DNA of 36,154 nucleotides from a virus (Duplodnaviria; Heunggongvirae; Uroviricota; Caudoviricetes): IMG/VR virus record IMGVR_UViG_2568526086_000004, positions 1 to 36,154 of that record; one strand, 5' to 3'. Shown piece by piece: positions 18,790 to 27,793 of this stretch (position 1 is its first letter; each line of letters starts with the position of its first letter). The notes under the pieces were generated by a model. It saw only the letters and a program-made list of their open reading frames with translations, ran no database searches and was not told where the DNA came from. The position numbers and the translations under genes were made by a program.

Positions 18790-19440
18790 TCAGCGGCTGT
18801 CATTGCGCAGTCTGCGCTCCAGCTGCTGTTTGTCTTTTTTCACGCCACAGCGGGGATCGAGCTGTAACGCATGGTTGAGATGATTAAGGGCGGACGCCGG
18901 ATTGCTTTCACTCAGGACAGCGCCAATCGCTTTATGCAGACGCGCCCGTGACTGGTCCGGCATATCCAGACCGTCTGTCAGCTCCAGCGTCTGCAGCAGC
19001 GGATCGGCATCAAAGCCGGTGGCAGCAAGCATTGCGCTCTGCGCCGCGTCTGCCATTTCCTCTGCCAGCACGGTCTGCACGTTGCGGTTACCCAGCGGCA
19101 TCACCCAGCCATGACGCAGGGCATGACGCCCGATCTCCAGCGCCCCGGCATAATCTCCGGCATCAATGCGCCACAGCATCACGTACATCAGCACGTCATC
19201 CTGTTGAGCGCCTCCGGCAGCCAGGACACCCTCTGCCCAGGTGGCGTACTTCGGCAGCAGCTCCACCTTGATTTCCGCTTTTTTGACCGTGGACTGAACG
19301 CCCTTGAGACGGCGGCGGTCTTCCGCCAGTTGCAGCAGCATCAGGTCATAGCCCGACGCGTGGCGAACACTGCCGCCCTCGCGGGCGGCCTGTTCAGCCT
19401 GAACGCGCAGGCGATGCTGCCGTGCGGGACTCAGGCTCAT
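18790..19440 (-). CDS. M: Terminase endonuclease (small) subunit gpM
   Basis: 216-aa ORF immediately downstream of capsid gene N. Position and basic N-terminus fit P2 gpM. Confidence 0.85.
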   Translation of the reverse strand: MSLSPARQHRLRVQAEQAAREGGSVRHASGYDLMLLQLAEDRRRLKGVQSTVKKAEIKVELLPKYATWAEGVLAAGGAQQDDVLMYVMLWRIDAGDYAGALEIGRHALRHGWVMPLGNRNVQTVLAEEMADAAQSAMLAATGFDADPLLQTLELTDGLDMPDQSRARLHKAIGAVLSESNPASALNHLNHALQLDPRCGVKKDKQQLERRLRNDSR

Positions 19441-19443
19441 GGG

Positions 19444-20502
19444 TTACGCTCCGGCTTCTGCTGCAGCGGCGCTGAAATCGCCAATCTGGATGTTTTCCAC
19501 CAGTGCGGCGCAGCGGTAGTCCTCAACCACATAGGCTTCATTAACGGATTCAAAGTTTTCAATCCGGTCACGTTTCGGGTTGTCGATAACTGAGCGGCGG
19601 CGGGTGTCCTCCTGCCAGTAGATGGACAGGTTATCCAGACGGGTGATCAGCAGTGCATTCGGCGGGAAGAACGGCGCACGCACGGCCTGCAGGCCACCCA
19701 TGCGTTTCTGACTGATGATCATATCGGCAGCCAGTTTTTCACTGTTTTCCTGCTCTTTGTTGACCAGCGGGAAATACTTGTCAGACAGCAGTTCACGACC
19801 GCAAATCACCACCAGATCGTCATCGTCCTGGTAGACCACGTCGATAAGCTCATTGACGGCATCCATCACCACGGCGTCCAGGTTGGCATATTCGCCACCT
19901 TTCCCGACTTTCACCGCACCCGGTGTGGTTTCACCGCCCGTGGTGGTGCTACCCATGACGTGATCCGGTGCATCTTCACGGATTTTCTGCAGCCAGCCTT
20001 TGTTCACATCCTGCAACAGCGGGTTTTCGCTACGGTTGGAGGTTTTCGCACGCTTCACGCCGTTAAAGCCGATCATGATGCGGTCCAGTGCCTGACGTTT
20101 CACGATGGCGTCACGGATACGCACCTGGAAATCCTGAAACTTCGCCCACAGGTCCAGCTTCGCGTAGGTCAGTACCGTGTCAAAGTTGGTCTGCTCGCAT
20201 TTGTATTCCACATCGACCATCAGCGTCGGATCGACAGGTTCACGCTCTTTCGCGGTGGTATCAGTGGTTCCGGCAATGGTGCTGCCAACTCCCAACCCCA
20301 GCAGCTGACCGGACTGCTCAGTCACTGGCGTGACGTTAATCAGCGTCAGGAAAGCGGCGGACTGCTGGATCTGGTCTTCCAGCGTCTGCTGTACAGACGG
20401 CTCCACGGTGAACTTGCTGGACAGTTCTTCAACTGCCACACCGTTCAGACGCGCCAGCTGCTGCAGGTAAGCGTTAAAAGCAAAGCGGGTATTCTTCTTC
20501 AT
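19444..20502 (-). CDS. N: Major capsid protein gpN
   Basis: 352-aa ORF between O and M. Size matches the P2 major capsid precursor. Confidence 0.9.
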   Translation of the reverse strand: MKKNTRFAFNAYLQQLARLNGVAVEELSSKFTVEPSVQQTLEDQIQQSAAFLTLINVTPVTEQSGQLLGLGVGSTIAGTTDTTAKEREPVDPTLMVDVEYKCEQTNFDTVLTYAKLDLWAKFQDFQVRIRDAIVKRQALDRIMIGFNGVKRAKTSNRSENPLLQDVNKGWLQKIREDAPDHVMGSTTTGGETTPGAVKVGKGGEYANLDAVVMDAVNELIDVVYQDDDDLVVICGRELLSDKYFPLVNKEQENSEKLAADMIISQKRMGGLQAVRAPFFPPNALLITRLDNLSIYWQEDTRRRSVIDNPKRDRIENFESVNEAYVVEDYRCAALVENIQIGDFSAAAAEAGA

Positions 20503-20518
20503 CAGGTTTTGTGCTCCA

Positions 20519-21352
20519 TCAGCAATTGGTCAGAGTGTCAGCGGGGGCGTTGCCGCCTGTTGCACGCTGGCGGTAGTCCTGGCGCCTGTCTTCATGGCTC
20601 AGCTTGTCCACCAGTTCATTAAAGGCGGTCTGCTGTGCCTGCAGGGCAGTCTCCAGCTCAGACAGGCGTTCTTCCTGCTCAGACAGGGATTTTTCGGTGC
20701 GCGTACTCAGGTTCTGCTGCTCGGTAGCGACCAGTTCCACGGCCTTATGCACATCAGAGAACCGGGCATCATCGGACTGCTCTTTTTTGGTGAACAGCGC
20801 CGTGACACGGGCAAACAGGGACGGTTTGTCATCCTGGATTTCTTCCAGTTCGATCACCGTTTCCTCTGCAGCGGTAAAGAGATTGGCAGGATTCTGCTTG
20901 CGGTTTGCCAGTGGGTTATGGGCTGCACTGGCGCTGAATGTCAGCATTTCAGTGCCCAGACTGGCAGGGTCATCAGTGGCAGCCAGGCCGACCAGGTAGG
21001 CTTTGCCCGTATCAGCGAACTTCGGGCTGACTTCCATAGAGGTGAATAATTTCTGGCCTTTTTTCACCAGCTCCACCAGGGACTCCGTTGGCTCAACGTC
21101 GGCATACAGCGCCATCTTGCCTGCCAGCGGACCTTCCGTGATTTCTTCAGCAAACAGCGCCGTCACCTTGCCGTAGCGGTTAAAGGTGCTGTCCGGCAGA
21201 TAAGACTTGATGTGCTCAAGGTTAATCAGCGCGGTATACACCGCCGGGTTGTAGCTGGCTGCCATCTGTTCCAGCCATTCACGCTGGATTTCGCGTCCGT
21301 CGGTGGTGGCACCTTCCACCCCGATGCGAAAACGCTTTGCTTTCACTGTCAT
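20519..21352 (-). CDS. O: Capsid scaffolding protein gpO
   Basis: 277-aa ORF that is the first gene of the minus-strand head operon, divergent from P. It has a coiled-coil, acidic C-terminal half. Confidence 0.88.
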   Translation of the reverse strand: MTVKAKRFRIGVEGATTDGREIQREWLEQMAASYNPAVYTALINLEHIKSYLPDSTFNRYGKVTALFAEEITEGPLAGKMALYADVEPTESLVELVKKGQKLFTSMEVSPKFADTGKAYLVGLAATDDPASLGTEMLTFSASAAHNPLANRKQNPANLFTAAEETVIELEEIQDDKPSLFARVTALFTKKEQSDDARFSDVHKAVELVATEQQNLSTRTEKSLSEQEERLSELETALQAQQTAFNELVDKLSHEDRRQDYRQRATGGNAPADTLTNC

Positions 21353-21430
21353 GAGCCGTGCTCCGTTAGAAAAAACTTACTGGAGCCTTATGGTTGCGGT
21401 GATGGGGGCAGTGAAACAATGCGCGGTATT

Positions 21431-21448
21431 TGTACCGACAACCACACA
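21431..21448. promoter_or_regulatory. Candidate Ogr-dependent late promoter element (PO/PP divergent region), TGT-N12-ACA dyad
   Basis: ttTGTaccgacaaccacACAaa lies in the 142-bp O-P intergenic region. Its 5' half (TGTACCG) is the same as in the dyad upstream of FI. Confidence 0.55.
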
Positions 21449-21494
21449 AACCGCAGGCGGGGAAAGCCGTCATTCAAGGCTGTAGGTTTGTGCC

Positions 21495-23261
21495 ATGAAC
21501 ACCACACTGACACCCGCAGATCTCGATCCCCGTCGGCAGGCCATGCTGCTGTACTTTCAGGGATACCGCGTAGCCCGCATTGCTGAAATGCTGGGCGAGA
21601 AAGTTGCAACCGTTCACAGCTGGAAAAAACGCGACAAGTGGGGTGACTATGGGCCGCTGGATCAGATGCAGCTCACCACCGCCGCACGCTACTGCCAGCT
21701 CATTATGAAGGAGCACAAAGAAGGGAAAGATTTCAAAGAGATTGACCTGCTGGCGCGCCAGTCTGAGCGCCACGCGCGGATCGGCAAGTTTAACAATGGC
21801 GGCAACGAAGCCGACTTAAACCCTAACGTCGCCAACCGCAATAAAGGCCCACGCCGTCAGCCGGAAAAGAATGTTTTCACCGATGAGCAGATTGAGAAGC
21901 TGGAAGAAATCTTCCATTCCTCCATGTTCAACTACCAGCGCCACTGGTGGGAAGTCGGAAAAACCAACCGCATCCGCAACCTGCTGAAGTCACGCCAGAT
22001 CGGCGCGACCTTCTATTTTGCCCGTGAAGCCCTGATTGACGCCCTGCTTACCGGACGTAACCAGATTTTCCTTTCTGCCAGTAAGGCTCAGGCCCACGTC
22101 TTTAAACAATACATCATCGACTTCGCCAAAGAAGTCGAGGTGGAGCTAAAAGGCGATCCGATGGTGCTTCCTAACGGAGCCACGCTTTACTTCCTCGGCA
22201 CCAATGCCCGCACGGCCCAGAGTTATCACGGCAACCTGTATCTGGATGAATATTTCTGGATACCGAAATTCCAGGAGCTGCGCAAAGTGGCTTCCGGGAT
22301 GGCTATTCACAAAAAATGGCGACAAACCTATTTTTCCACGCCATCCAGCCTGACCCACAGTGCTTATCCGTTCTGGTCCGGTGCGCTGTTCAACCGTGGA
22401 CGCAACAAAGCTGACAAGGTGGACATCGACCTGTCCCACAGCAATCTGGCCCCCGGCCTGCTGTGCGCAGACGGGCAATACCGCCAGATAGTCACCGTGG
22501 AAGATGCGGTGCGCGGCGGCTGTAACCTGTTCGACCTCGACCAGCTACGCATGGAGTACAGCCCGGACGAATACCAGAACCTGCTGATGTGTGAGTTCGT
22601 GGACGATCTCGCGTCCGTGTTCCCGCTCAGCGAGCTGCAGGCGTGCATGGTGGACAGCTGGGAAGTCTGGACCGACTTTCATGCACTGGCCCTGCGCCCG
22701 TTTGGCTGGCGCGAAGTGTGGATCGGTTATGACCCGGCAAAAGGTACGCAGAACGGCGACAGCGCCGGATGTGTGGTGGTGGCACCGCCAGCCGTGCCGG
22801 GCGGTAAGTTCCGCATTCTTGAGCGTCACCAGTGGCGCGGAATGGACTTCCGCGCCCAGGCTGACGCCATCAAAAAACTGACCGAACAGTATAACGTGAC
22901 CTATATCGGCATCGACTCGACCGGCGTCGGACACGGGGTTTACGAGAACGTGAAAGCGTTCTTTCCTGCCGTCCGGGAGTTTGTCTACAACCCCAACGTT
23001 AAAAACGCCCTGGTACTCAAGGCCTACGACATTATCAGTCACCGCCGCCTGGAATTTGACGCCGGACACACCGACATTGCGCAATCATTTATGGCAATCC
23101 GTCGCGCCACCACCGCCAGCGGCAACCGCCCGACCTATGAAGCCAGCCGCAGCGAAGAAGCCAGCCACGCCGATCTGGCATGGGCAACAATGCACGCACT
23201 GTTTAACGAACCACTGCAGGGCGAGTCCGCCAATACAAGTAATATTGTGGAGATTTTTTGA
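21495..23261 (+). CDS. P: Terminase large (ATPase) subunit gpP
   Basis: 588-aa ORF divergent from O. Size and position fit P2 gpP. The stop overlaps the Q start. Confidence 0.9.
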   Translation: MNTTLTPADLDPRRQAMLLYFQGYRVARIAEMLGEKVATVHSWKKRDKWGDYGPLDQMQLTTAARYCQLIMKEHKEGKDFKEIDLLARQSERHARIGKFNNGGNEADLNPNVANRNKGPRRQPEKNVFTDEQIEKLEEIFHSSMFNYQRHWWEVGKTNRIRNLLKSRQIGATFYFAREALIDALLTGRNQIFLSASKAQAHVFKQYIIDFAKEVEVELKGDPMVLPNGATLYFLGTNARTAQSYHGNLYLDEYFWIPKFQELRKVASGMAIHKKWRQTYFSTPSSLTHSAYPFWSGALFNRGRNKADKVDIDLSHSNLAPGLLCADGQYRQIVTVEDAVRGGCNLFDLDQLRMEYSPDEYQNLLMCEFVDDLASVFPLSELQACMVDSWEVWTDFHALALRPFGWREVWIGYDPAKGTQNGDSAGCVVVAPPAVPGGKFRILERHQWRGMDFRAQADAIKKLTEQYNVTYIGIDSTGVGHGVYENVKAFFPAVREFVYNPNVKNALVLKAYDIISHRRLEFDAGHTDIAQSFMAIRRATTASGNRPTYEASRSEEASHADLAWATMHALFNEPLQGESANTSNIVEIF

Positions 23262-24292
23262 TGGGAAAGAATAAGAAAAACCGCGCTGCGGCGACGAATC
23301 AGATCCAGCATAAAAACCAAACTTCAGCCGAAGCATTCAGCTTCGGTGATCCGGTTCCTGTTCTGGACCGCCGCGAACTGCTGGACTATGTGGAATGCGT
23401 ACAGATGGACCGTTGGTATGAGCCACCAGTGAGTTTTGATGGACTGGCGCGAACCTTCCGCGCCGCCGTGCATCACAGCTCACCGATTGCAGTAAAGTGT
23501 AACATTCTGACCAGTACCTACATCCCTCACCCACTACTCAGCCAGCAGGCTTTTTCACGTTTTGTGCAGGACTATCTTGTATTTGGTAACGCCTACCTGG
23601 AGAAACGCACAAATCGCTTCGGTGAAGTTATCGCCCTTGAGCCAGCTCTAGCAAAATACACCCGACGCGGATTAGACCTGGATACCTACTGGTTTGTGCA
23701 ATACGGCATGACCACGCAACCGTATCAATTCACGAAAGGCAGCATTTTTCACCTGATGGAACCGGATATTAATCAGGAGATCTACGGCCTGCCCGGCTAT
23801 CTTTCTGCCATCCCATCCGCTTTGCTCAACGAGTCCGCCACGCTGTTCCGCCGTAAGTATTACATTAACGGCAGTCATGCAGGCTTCATCATGTACATGA
23901 CCGACGCCGCGCAGAACCAGGAAGACGTGCACAACCTCCGCAACGCGATAAAAAGCGCCAAAGGTCCAGGCAACTTCCGCAACCTGTTTATGTACTCGCC
24001 TAACGGCAAAAAAGACGGCCTTCAGATTATTCCTCTGTCAGAAGTCGCGGCGAAGGATGAGTTTTTGAATATCAAAAATGTTAGTCGCGATGACATGATG
24101 GCGGCACACCGCGTGCCGCCGCAGATGATGGGGATCATGCCGAATAATGTTGGGGGGTTTGGGGATGTGGAGAAGGCGAGTAAGGTTTTTGTTAGAAACG
24201 AACTACTTCCTTTACAAGAACAAATGAAAGAGCTAAACAAATGGTGTGCTAAAGAAGTAATTAATTTTAGAAGCTATGAATTAACACCATAG
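23258..24292 (+). CDS. Q: Portal (capsid) protein gpQ
   Basis: 344-aa ORF, the same length as P2 gpQ, with ATGA overlap to P. Confidence 0.9.
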   Translation: MMGKNKKNRAAATNQIQHKNQTSAEAFSFGDPVPVLDRRELLDYVECVQMDRWYEPPVSFDGLARTFRAAVHHSSPIAVKCNILTSTYIPHPLLSQQAFSRFVQDYLVFGNAYLEKRTNRFGEVIALEPALAKYTRRGLDLDTYWFVQYGMTTQPYQFTKGSIFHLMEPDINQEIYGLPGYLSAIPSALLNESATLFRRKYYINGSHAGFIMYMTDAAQNQEDVHNLRNAIKSAKGPGNFRNLFMYSPNGKKDGLQIIPLSEVAAKDEFLNIKNVSRDDMMAAHRVPPQMMGIMPNNVGGFGDVEKASKVFVRNELLPLQEQMKELNKWCAKEVINFRSYELTP

Positions 24293-24316
24293 AATACAAA
24301 TATAGGAAACATAATA

Positions 24317-24341
24317 CCCCATTTGATATACTTAAATGGGG
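24317..24341. terminator. Hairpin between convergent Q and the accessory cassette
   Basis: ccccattt (24317-24324) pairs with aaatgggg (24334-24341) with a 9-nt loop. The flanking T-runs are weak, so this is a possible bidirectional terminator only. Confidence 0.3.
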
Positions 24342-24371
24342 TTAATCGGCTAGCGCAATAGGTTGAATAAT

Positions 24372-24887
24372 TTATAATTTATTCAACTGTTCCTGCCATT
24401 TTTCCTCCAAATCCTCTATAGTAAACTCACCTTCTTTTTCCATCCACTTAACCACAAGTGAAATCAGTTCTCTTTTACTAACCCTGAGATAATTACCTGC
24501 CCCCTCTAATTGTTCAAGCATATGTGAACCTACCATAGCTAGACGCCTATGATTTAGATTTGCAATGTCGCTATGAAGATTATTCACACTTTCATATTTA
24601 GTATCACCTGGATTATCTTCCAATGTAATTCCATGTTCAAAAAACCATTCTTCTTTCAACCAAACAAGGTCTATAGTAGCAGGTGACGGCATCGTCGTAG
24701 CTAAAGCAACAATAAGTTTTTCTACATAATCAGATTTAAAATCAGTGGTTTCTGATCTCCAAACTGAAAGCTTATTCGCAGTTGTGCGCGTACAGCCAGT
24801 AATTGAATCAGCTGAAAACTCATCTGGAGATAATCCTTTGTTTTTCTCCCATTTTGGGTATGAAAACTTCCTTAATAGGAATGTCAT
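24372..24887 (-). CDS. Accessory cassette gene 3 (171 aa), unknown function
   Basis: AT-rich ORF, last gene of a three-gene minus-strand operon. Its start overlaps the stop of gene 2 (ATGA-type overlap at 24884-24887). I see no recognisable catalytic motifs; there is a weak R-x6-H (RRLAMVGSH). Confidence 0.65.
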   Translation of the reverse strand: MTFLLRKFSYPKWEKNKGLSPDEFSADSITGCTRTTANKLSVWRSETTDFKSDYVEKLIVALATTMPSPATIDLVWLKEEWFFEHGITLEDNPGDTKYESVNNLHSDIANLNHRRLAMVGSHMLEQLEGAGNYLRVSKRELISLVVKWMEKEGEFTIEDLEEKWQEQLNKL

Positions 24888-25531
24888 TTTAGACTCTCCA
24901 AAAAATTTATAGTACTTTGTCTATAATCTTCAATCCATTTTTCATTAAACTTTCTCATTGCACGCAAATGTGAAGCATGCTCTGGATTTTCCCAAGATTC
25001 GAAAGCCCTAATAGCTGCCTCCTGAACTAAAACATCTTCATGTGCAGAACATCCTAATATAAGGACATCTGCGCGATCCTTCATCAATTCATAGTCCATA
25101 GATGCGGCTATGTATAAAAAATTTCGAAGATACTCTGGTGAGTAATAGATTGAAACCCAGACACGTTGAAAGACTTCTAAAAATAATGATTTGTTTTTTT
25201 CAGACAAAGATTCAAGATAAATTTGAGTTTTAGTTATCTCGCCTTCAATATAGTTTTCAGACTTAAGATATAGCAACGCGTTTTTTAAACAACGCTGCAC
25301 TTGTATATCGAAGGCTATCTCACTACTTTGTGAATTAATCCTTCCAACGTTACCAGACTCAGCAATCATATTACTTGAGGCTGAATCATGCACATGAAAA
25401 CGCGACGTTTTAAATTCATCATGGAGATTGTTAAAAAAACGATTAGTTATTACATTAAACTCATTAATAGGCACAGCATTGCTGATAACCTTTGCCGCTA
25501 TATTAAATATATAATCGCTATAACCTGCCAT
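24884..25531 (-). CDS. Accessory cassette gene 2 (215 aa), unknown function
   Basis: AT-rich ORF separated from gene 1 by 8 bp and overlapping gene 3. No recognisable motifs. Predicted soluble. Confidence 0.65.
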   Translation of the reverse strand: MAGYSDYIFNIAAKVISNAVPINEFNVITNRFFNNLHDEFKTSRFHVHDSASSNMIAESGNVGRINSQSSEIAFDIQVQRCLKNALLYLKSENYIEGEITKTQIYLESLSEKNKSLFLEVFQRVWVSIYYSPEYLRNFLYIAASMDYELMKDRADVLILGCSAHEDVLVQEAAIRAFESWENPEHASHLRAMRKFNEKWIEDYRQSTINFLESLK

Positions 25532-25539
25532 AATAGTTC

Positions 25540-26235
25540 CTATAACTCAATATAACGACGCAGTACACTCAGTGAATTTCTGTTATTATCATTCAAATTA
25601 CGCAACACTTGAATCGCCTGATTAAAATCAAATCTATAATCGGTATTTGTTGGCAACGTATTAGAGTCGATTTCAAACATTATCGCATCAAATGGCTTGC
25701 CTGAATTATGATTCATAACAGCAACTTCTTTGCGACTGATAGTATTGATGCTATTTATTGCCTCATTATTAAATTCAATATTTTTACGAAGCGCAATTCT
25801 GTTATCCCACTCAAAAGGAGAAACTTCATTGTATGTGAATAATTTATCATACAACTGTTGATATTTATCCAAAGAAGCAGTAAAAATCTGTGCATTTAAT
25901 AATGCAATTCTATTAAATTTCTTATTGGGAAATATCTTTAACATTGCACTGATAACATTTACAGATTTCTCAACAAATTCATCATGATTTGTAGACATAG
26001 CATTTATAACGATTGCATGGCTTGCAAATTCAATACGATAAGTTTGCTCTGGATTTGTCATAATCAATATCTGTTTCATCTCACCAGATAAAGCATTTAC
26101 TTCCTGTCCAAATGTTGGGATGAGGCTAAATCCGCTTAACTCCTGTAGAACTGGAAAAATTATAGCAGGACTAGGCGATATTTCTTCATTGGTTGTGAAA
26201 AGATTAATTTGATGTGACTCATGAACCTGATTCAT
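25540..26235 (-). CDS. Accessory cassette gene 1 (231 aa), unknown function
   Basis: AT-rich ORF, first gene of the cassette. No Walker, nuclease or other motifs that I can recognise. Confidence 0.65.
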   Translation of the reverse strand: MNQVHESHQINLFTTNEEISPSPAIIFPVLQELSGFSLIPTFGQEVNALSGEMKQILIMTNPEQTYRIEFASHAIVINAMSTNHDEFVEKSVNVISAMLKIFPNKKFNRIALLNAQIFTASLDKYQQLYDKLFTYNEVSPFEWDNRIALRKNIEFNNEAINSINTISRKEVAVMNHNSGKPFDAIMFEIDSNTLPTNTDYRFDFNQAIQVLRNLNDNNRNSLSVLRRYIEL

Positions 26236-26349
26236 GCTATTTCCTTTTGCATTATTACTGTAAGTACTACAAGTCTAACCTATTTATCGTAGATTTTGGA
26301 CACCTTGTTCGTAAAAGTTAGATGATACATACTACTTGGTTTACGCGCG

Positions 26350-26368
26350 CTCGTATCCCCGCCACGCC
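26350..26368. other. Candidate cos site (cohesive-end sequence)
   Basis: The reverse complement of 26350-26368 is GGCGTGGCGGGGATACGAG. Its first 13 nt match the 186/P2 cohesive-end consensus as I remember it (GGCG[T/A]GGCGGGGAAAGCA[T/C]). It lies in a GC-rich noncoding patch. Confidence 0.35.
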
Positions 26369-26412
26369 TGCCCGCTTTATGTAGTGGTTTTCATGCACCT
26401 GCATGATCTACG

Positions 26413-26440
26413 CAAAAGCCCGCCAGAACTGGCGGGCCTT
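26413..26440 (-). terminator. Rho-independent terminator downstream of the lipoprotein gene
   Basis: gcccgcc / ggcgggc stem with a short loop. On the minus strand the stem is followed by TTTTG. Confidence 0.5.
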
Positions 26441-26541
26441 AACACAAAAGATCCTCAAACGATCATGCGATCTCATGCAGCATAGACATGCGCGTTTATG
26501 CAGAATGTGCAAAATCGTAACATACTCAGCAAGCGTGAAAC

Positions 26542-27219
26542 CTAGAACGTGACAGCCTTGTCAAAGCCAGAAATAATTGTATAAGAAATAGACGAGTTAT
26601 CAGCCTTGTTCACTTTGAACTTGGCACCTTTGTAAGCGATAACGTCACTTCCCTTAGAATCTACAGAAAAATCTGTTGTAAATGCTGCACGAGCCATATC
26701 GTTTGCAAATTCACGATAGGTGAACTTCATTACACCGCCTGCATTTCCATTGTATTCGATAGTCTTAACCAATGAGTTACTAACTCGACACAGCCCATCA
26801 GGAACACGTTTGATAGAAATTTCTGATGCAGTATAAGAAGTACCATTTGGCGGTGATATCTCATTTTTTGCAGCATCGTAACTAACATAATCAACATAGT
26901 TACCGATTTGCCCATAGAGATTTTTTAACGCAACAGCTTGAGGGTTATGATAATTGCGGTAAATTCCATTCCCCTCACTGCAATATGTACCAGCAGCGAT
27001 AGAAGACAATGCACCATTAGCCGCACCAAGTTCTAGTACGTCCGTTTTAAATCCAGTAGCAGATGTGATAATGGGATCGCCCATGTAGGCGGTAGCACTT
27101 TGCCCAATAGCAGGCTTCACCACTTCAATAGCAGTGATATTTCGGTTAGAAGCATGTGGCACGCAACCAGTTAGGATTACAGCAAGAGATATTGGTAACG
27201 CTACATTATTAATTTTCAT
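26542..27219 (-). CDS. Predicted lipoprotein (225 aa mature ORF), unknown function; candidate cargo
   Basis: I chose the internal start MKINNVALPISLAVILTGC, a signal peptide with an L-T-G-C lipobox; the ORF track extends to 27273. AT-rich. The soluble domain is rich in Gly, Ser, Asn and Tyr. Confidence 0.7.
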   Translation of the reverse strand: MKINNVALPISLAVILTGCVPHASNRNITAIEVVKPAIGQSATAYMGDPIITSATGFKTDVLELGAANGALSSIAAGTYCSEGNGIYRNYHNPQAVALKNLYGQIGNYVDYVSYDAAKNEISPPNGTSYTASEISIKRVPDGLCRVSNSLVKTIEYNGNAGGVMKFTYREFANDMARAAFTTDFSVDSKGSDVIAYKGAKFKVNKADNSSISYTIISGFDKAVTF

Positions 27220-27332
27220 TTTTAGCCTATTATTCTTTTCTTGACAAAAAACAAGGCGATATCTGATTGACATCGCCTCTCACTCATATGTAACCCTTTT
27301 TGATTAGTAAAAACAAGCGTCTATTGACAAAA

Positions 27333-27566
27333 TCAATGCAGCCAGCTGTCGTCTTCCCACACCTTCTGCATAATTTTCATCACTTGTTTTCTTTCTTCGT
27401 CCAGTTGCAGTCCGGTCAGTTCCACACCGTTAGAGCTACCTTTACGGATACGGATTACCGTTTTGGGATACAGGGGGCGCAGATTGCGGTAAAGCTCGGA
27501 TTCAAGGGCGTCCAGGGTAGACTGGCTAATCTTCTGCTCTTTATCGATCATTATTTCAATGCGCAT
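27333..27566 (-). CDS. DinI-like protein
   Basis: Taking the internal start MRIEIMIDKEQK gives a 77-aa protein that aligns along its full length to E. coli DinI as I recall it (MRIEVTIAK...), including the acidic Trp-containing C-terminus (WEDDSWLH). A GAGGTG Shine-Dalgarno lies upstream of this start. Confidence 0.75.
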   Translation of the reverse strand: MRIEIMIDKEQKISQSTLDALESELYRNLRPLYPKTVIRIRKGSSNGVELTGLQLDEERKQVMKIMQKVWEDDSWLH

Positions 27567-27576
27567 AAAAGTCACC

Positions 27577-27765
27577 TCAGTTGATGACATCCATTGAGCG
27601 GTTGTATTCGTGGCTTCTGATTTTTGCCATGAGTTCATCAGTCAATTCAGAAACCCACTGCAGAGCCAGCCCCTTCTCTTCATCACTACACTCACTAGCC
27701 GCTACAAGCTTAAGAAAAAAATCAATGCGCTGGAGCTTCAAAGACTCCAAAAAATAGTCCTGCAT
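27577..27765 (-). CDS. Small SOS-controlled protein (62 aa), possible Tum-like antirepressor component
   Basis: First ORF downstream of the LexA box on the minus strand, 10 bp upstream of the DinI-like gene. Function inferred from context only. Confidence 0.5.
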   Translation of the reverse strand: MQDYFLESLKLQRIDFFLKLVAASECSDEEKGLALQWVSELTDELMAKIRSHEYNRSMDVIN

Positions 27766-27793
27766 CTTTCCTCCTATGACACCACACGCAATA

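Noticed and set aside
27245-27278. Hairpin aggcgat / atcgcct with a minus-strand T-run between the DinI-like gene and the lipoprotein gene, as a possible terminator
   Set aside because: The loop is long (11 nt) and the hairpin leaves too little room for a separate lipoprotein promoter. I could not decide between attenuator, terminator or chance repeat, so it is not called as a feature.
27300-27584. 94-aa plus-strand ORF
   Set aside because: It is antisense to the DinI-like gene, has no ribosome-binding site context, and the DinI-like call on the other strand has protein-level support.
27333-27765. Possibility that the 62-aa ORF and the DinI-like ORF are one frameshifted tum-like gene or pseudogene
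   Set aside because: The DinI-like protein aligns to DinI from its own Met (MRIEI...) and has a GAGGTG Shine-Dalgarno 6 bp upstream. The upstream ORF ends cleanly 10 bp before it, so two separate genes is the simpler reading. A fusion cannot be fully excluded without homologue alignment.
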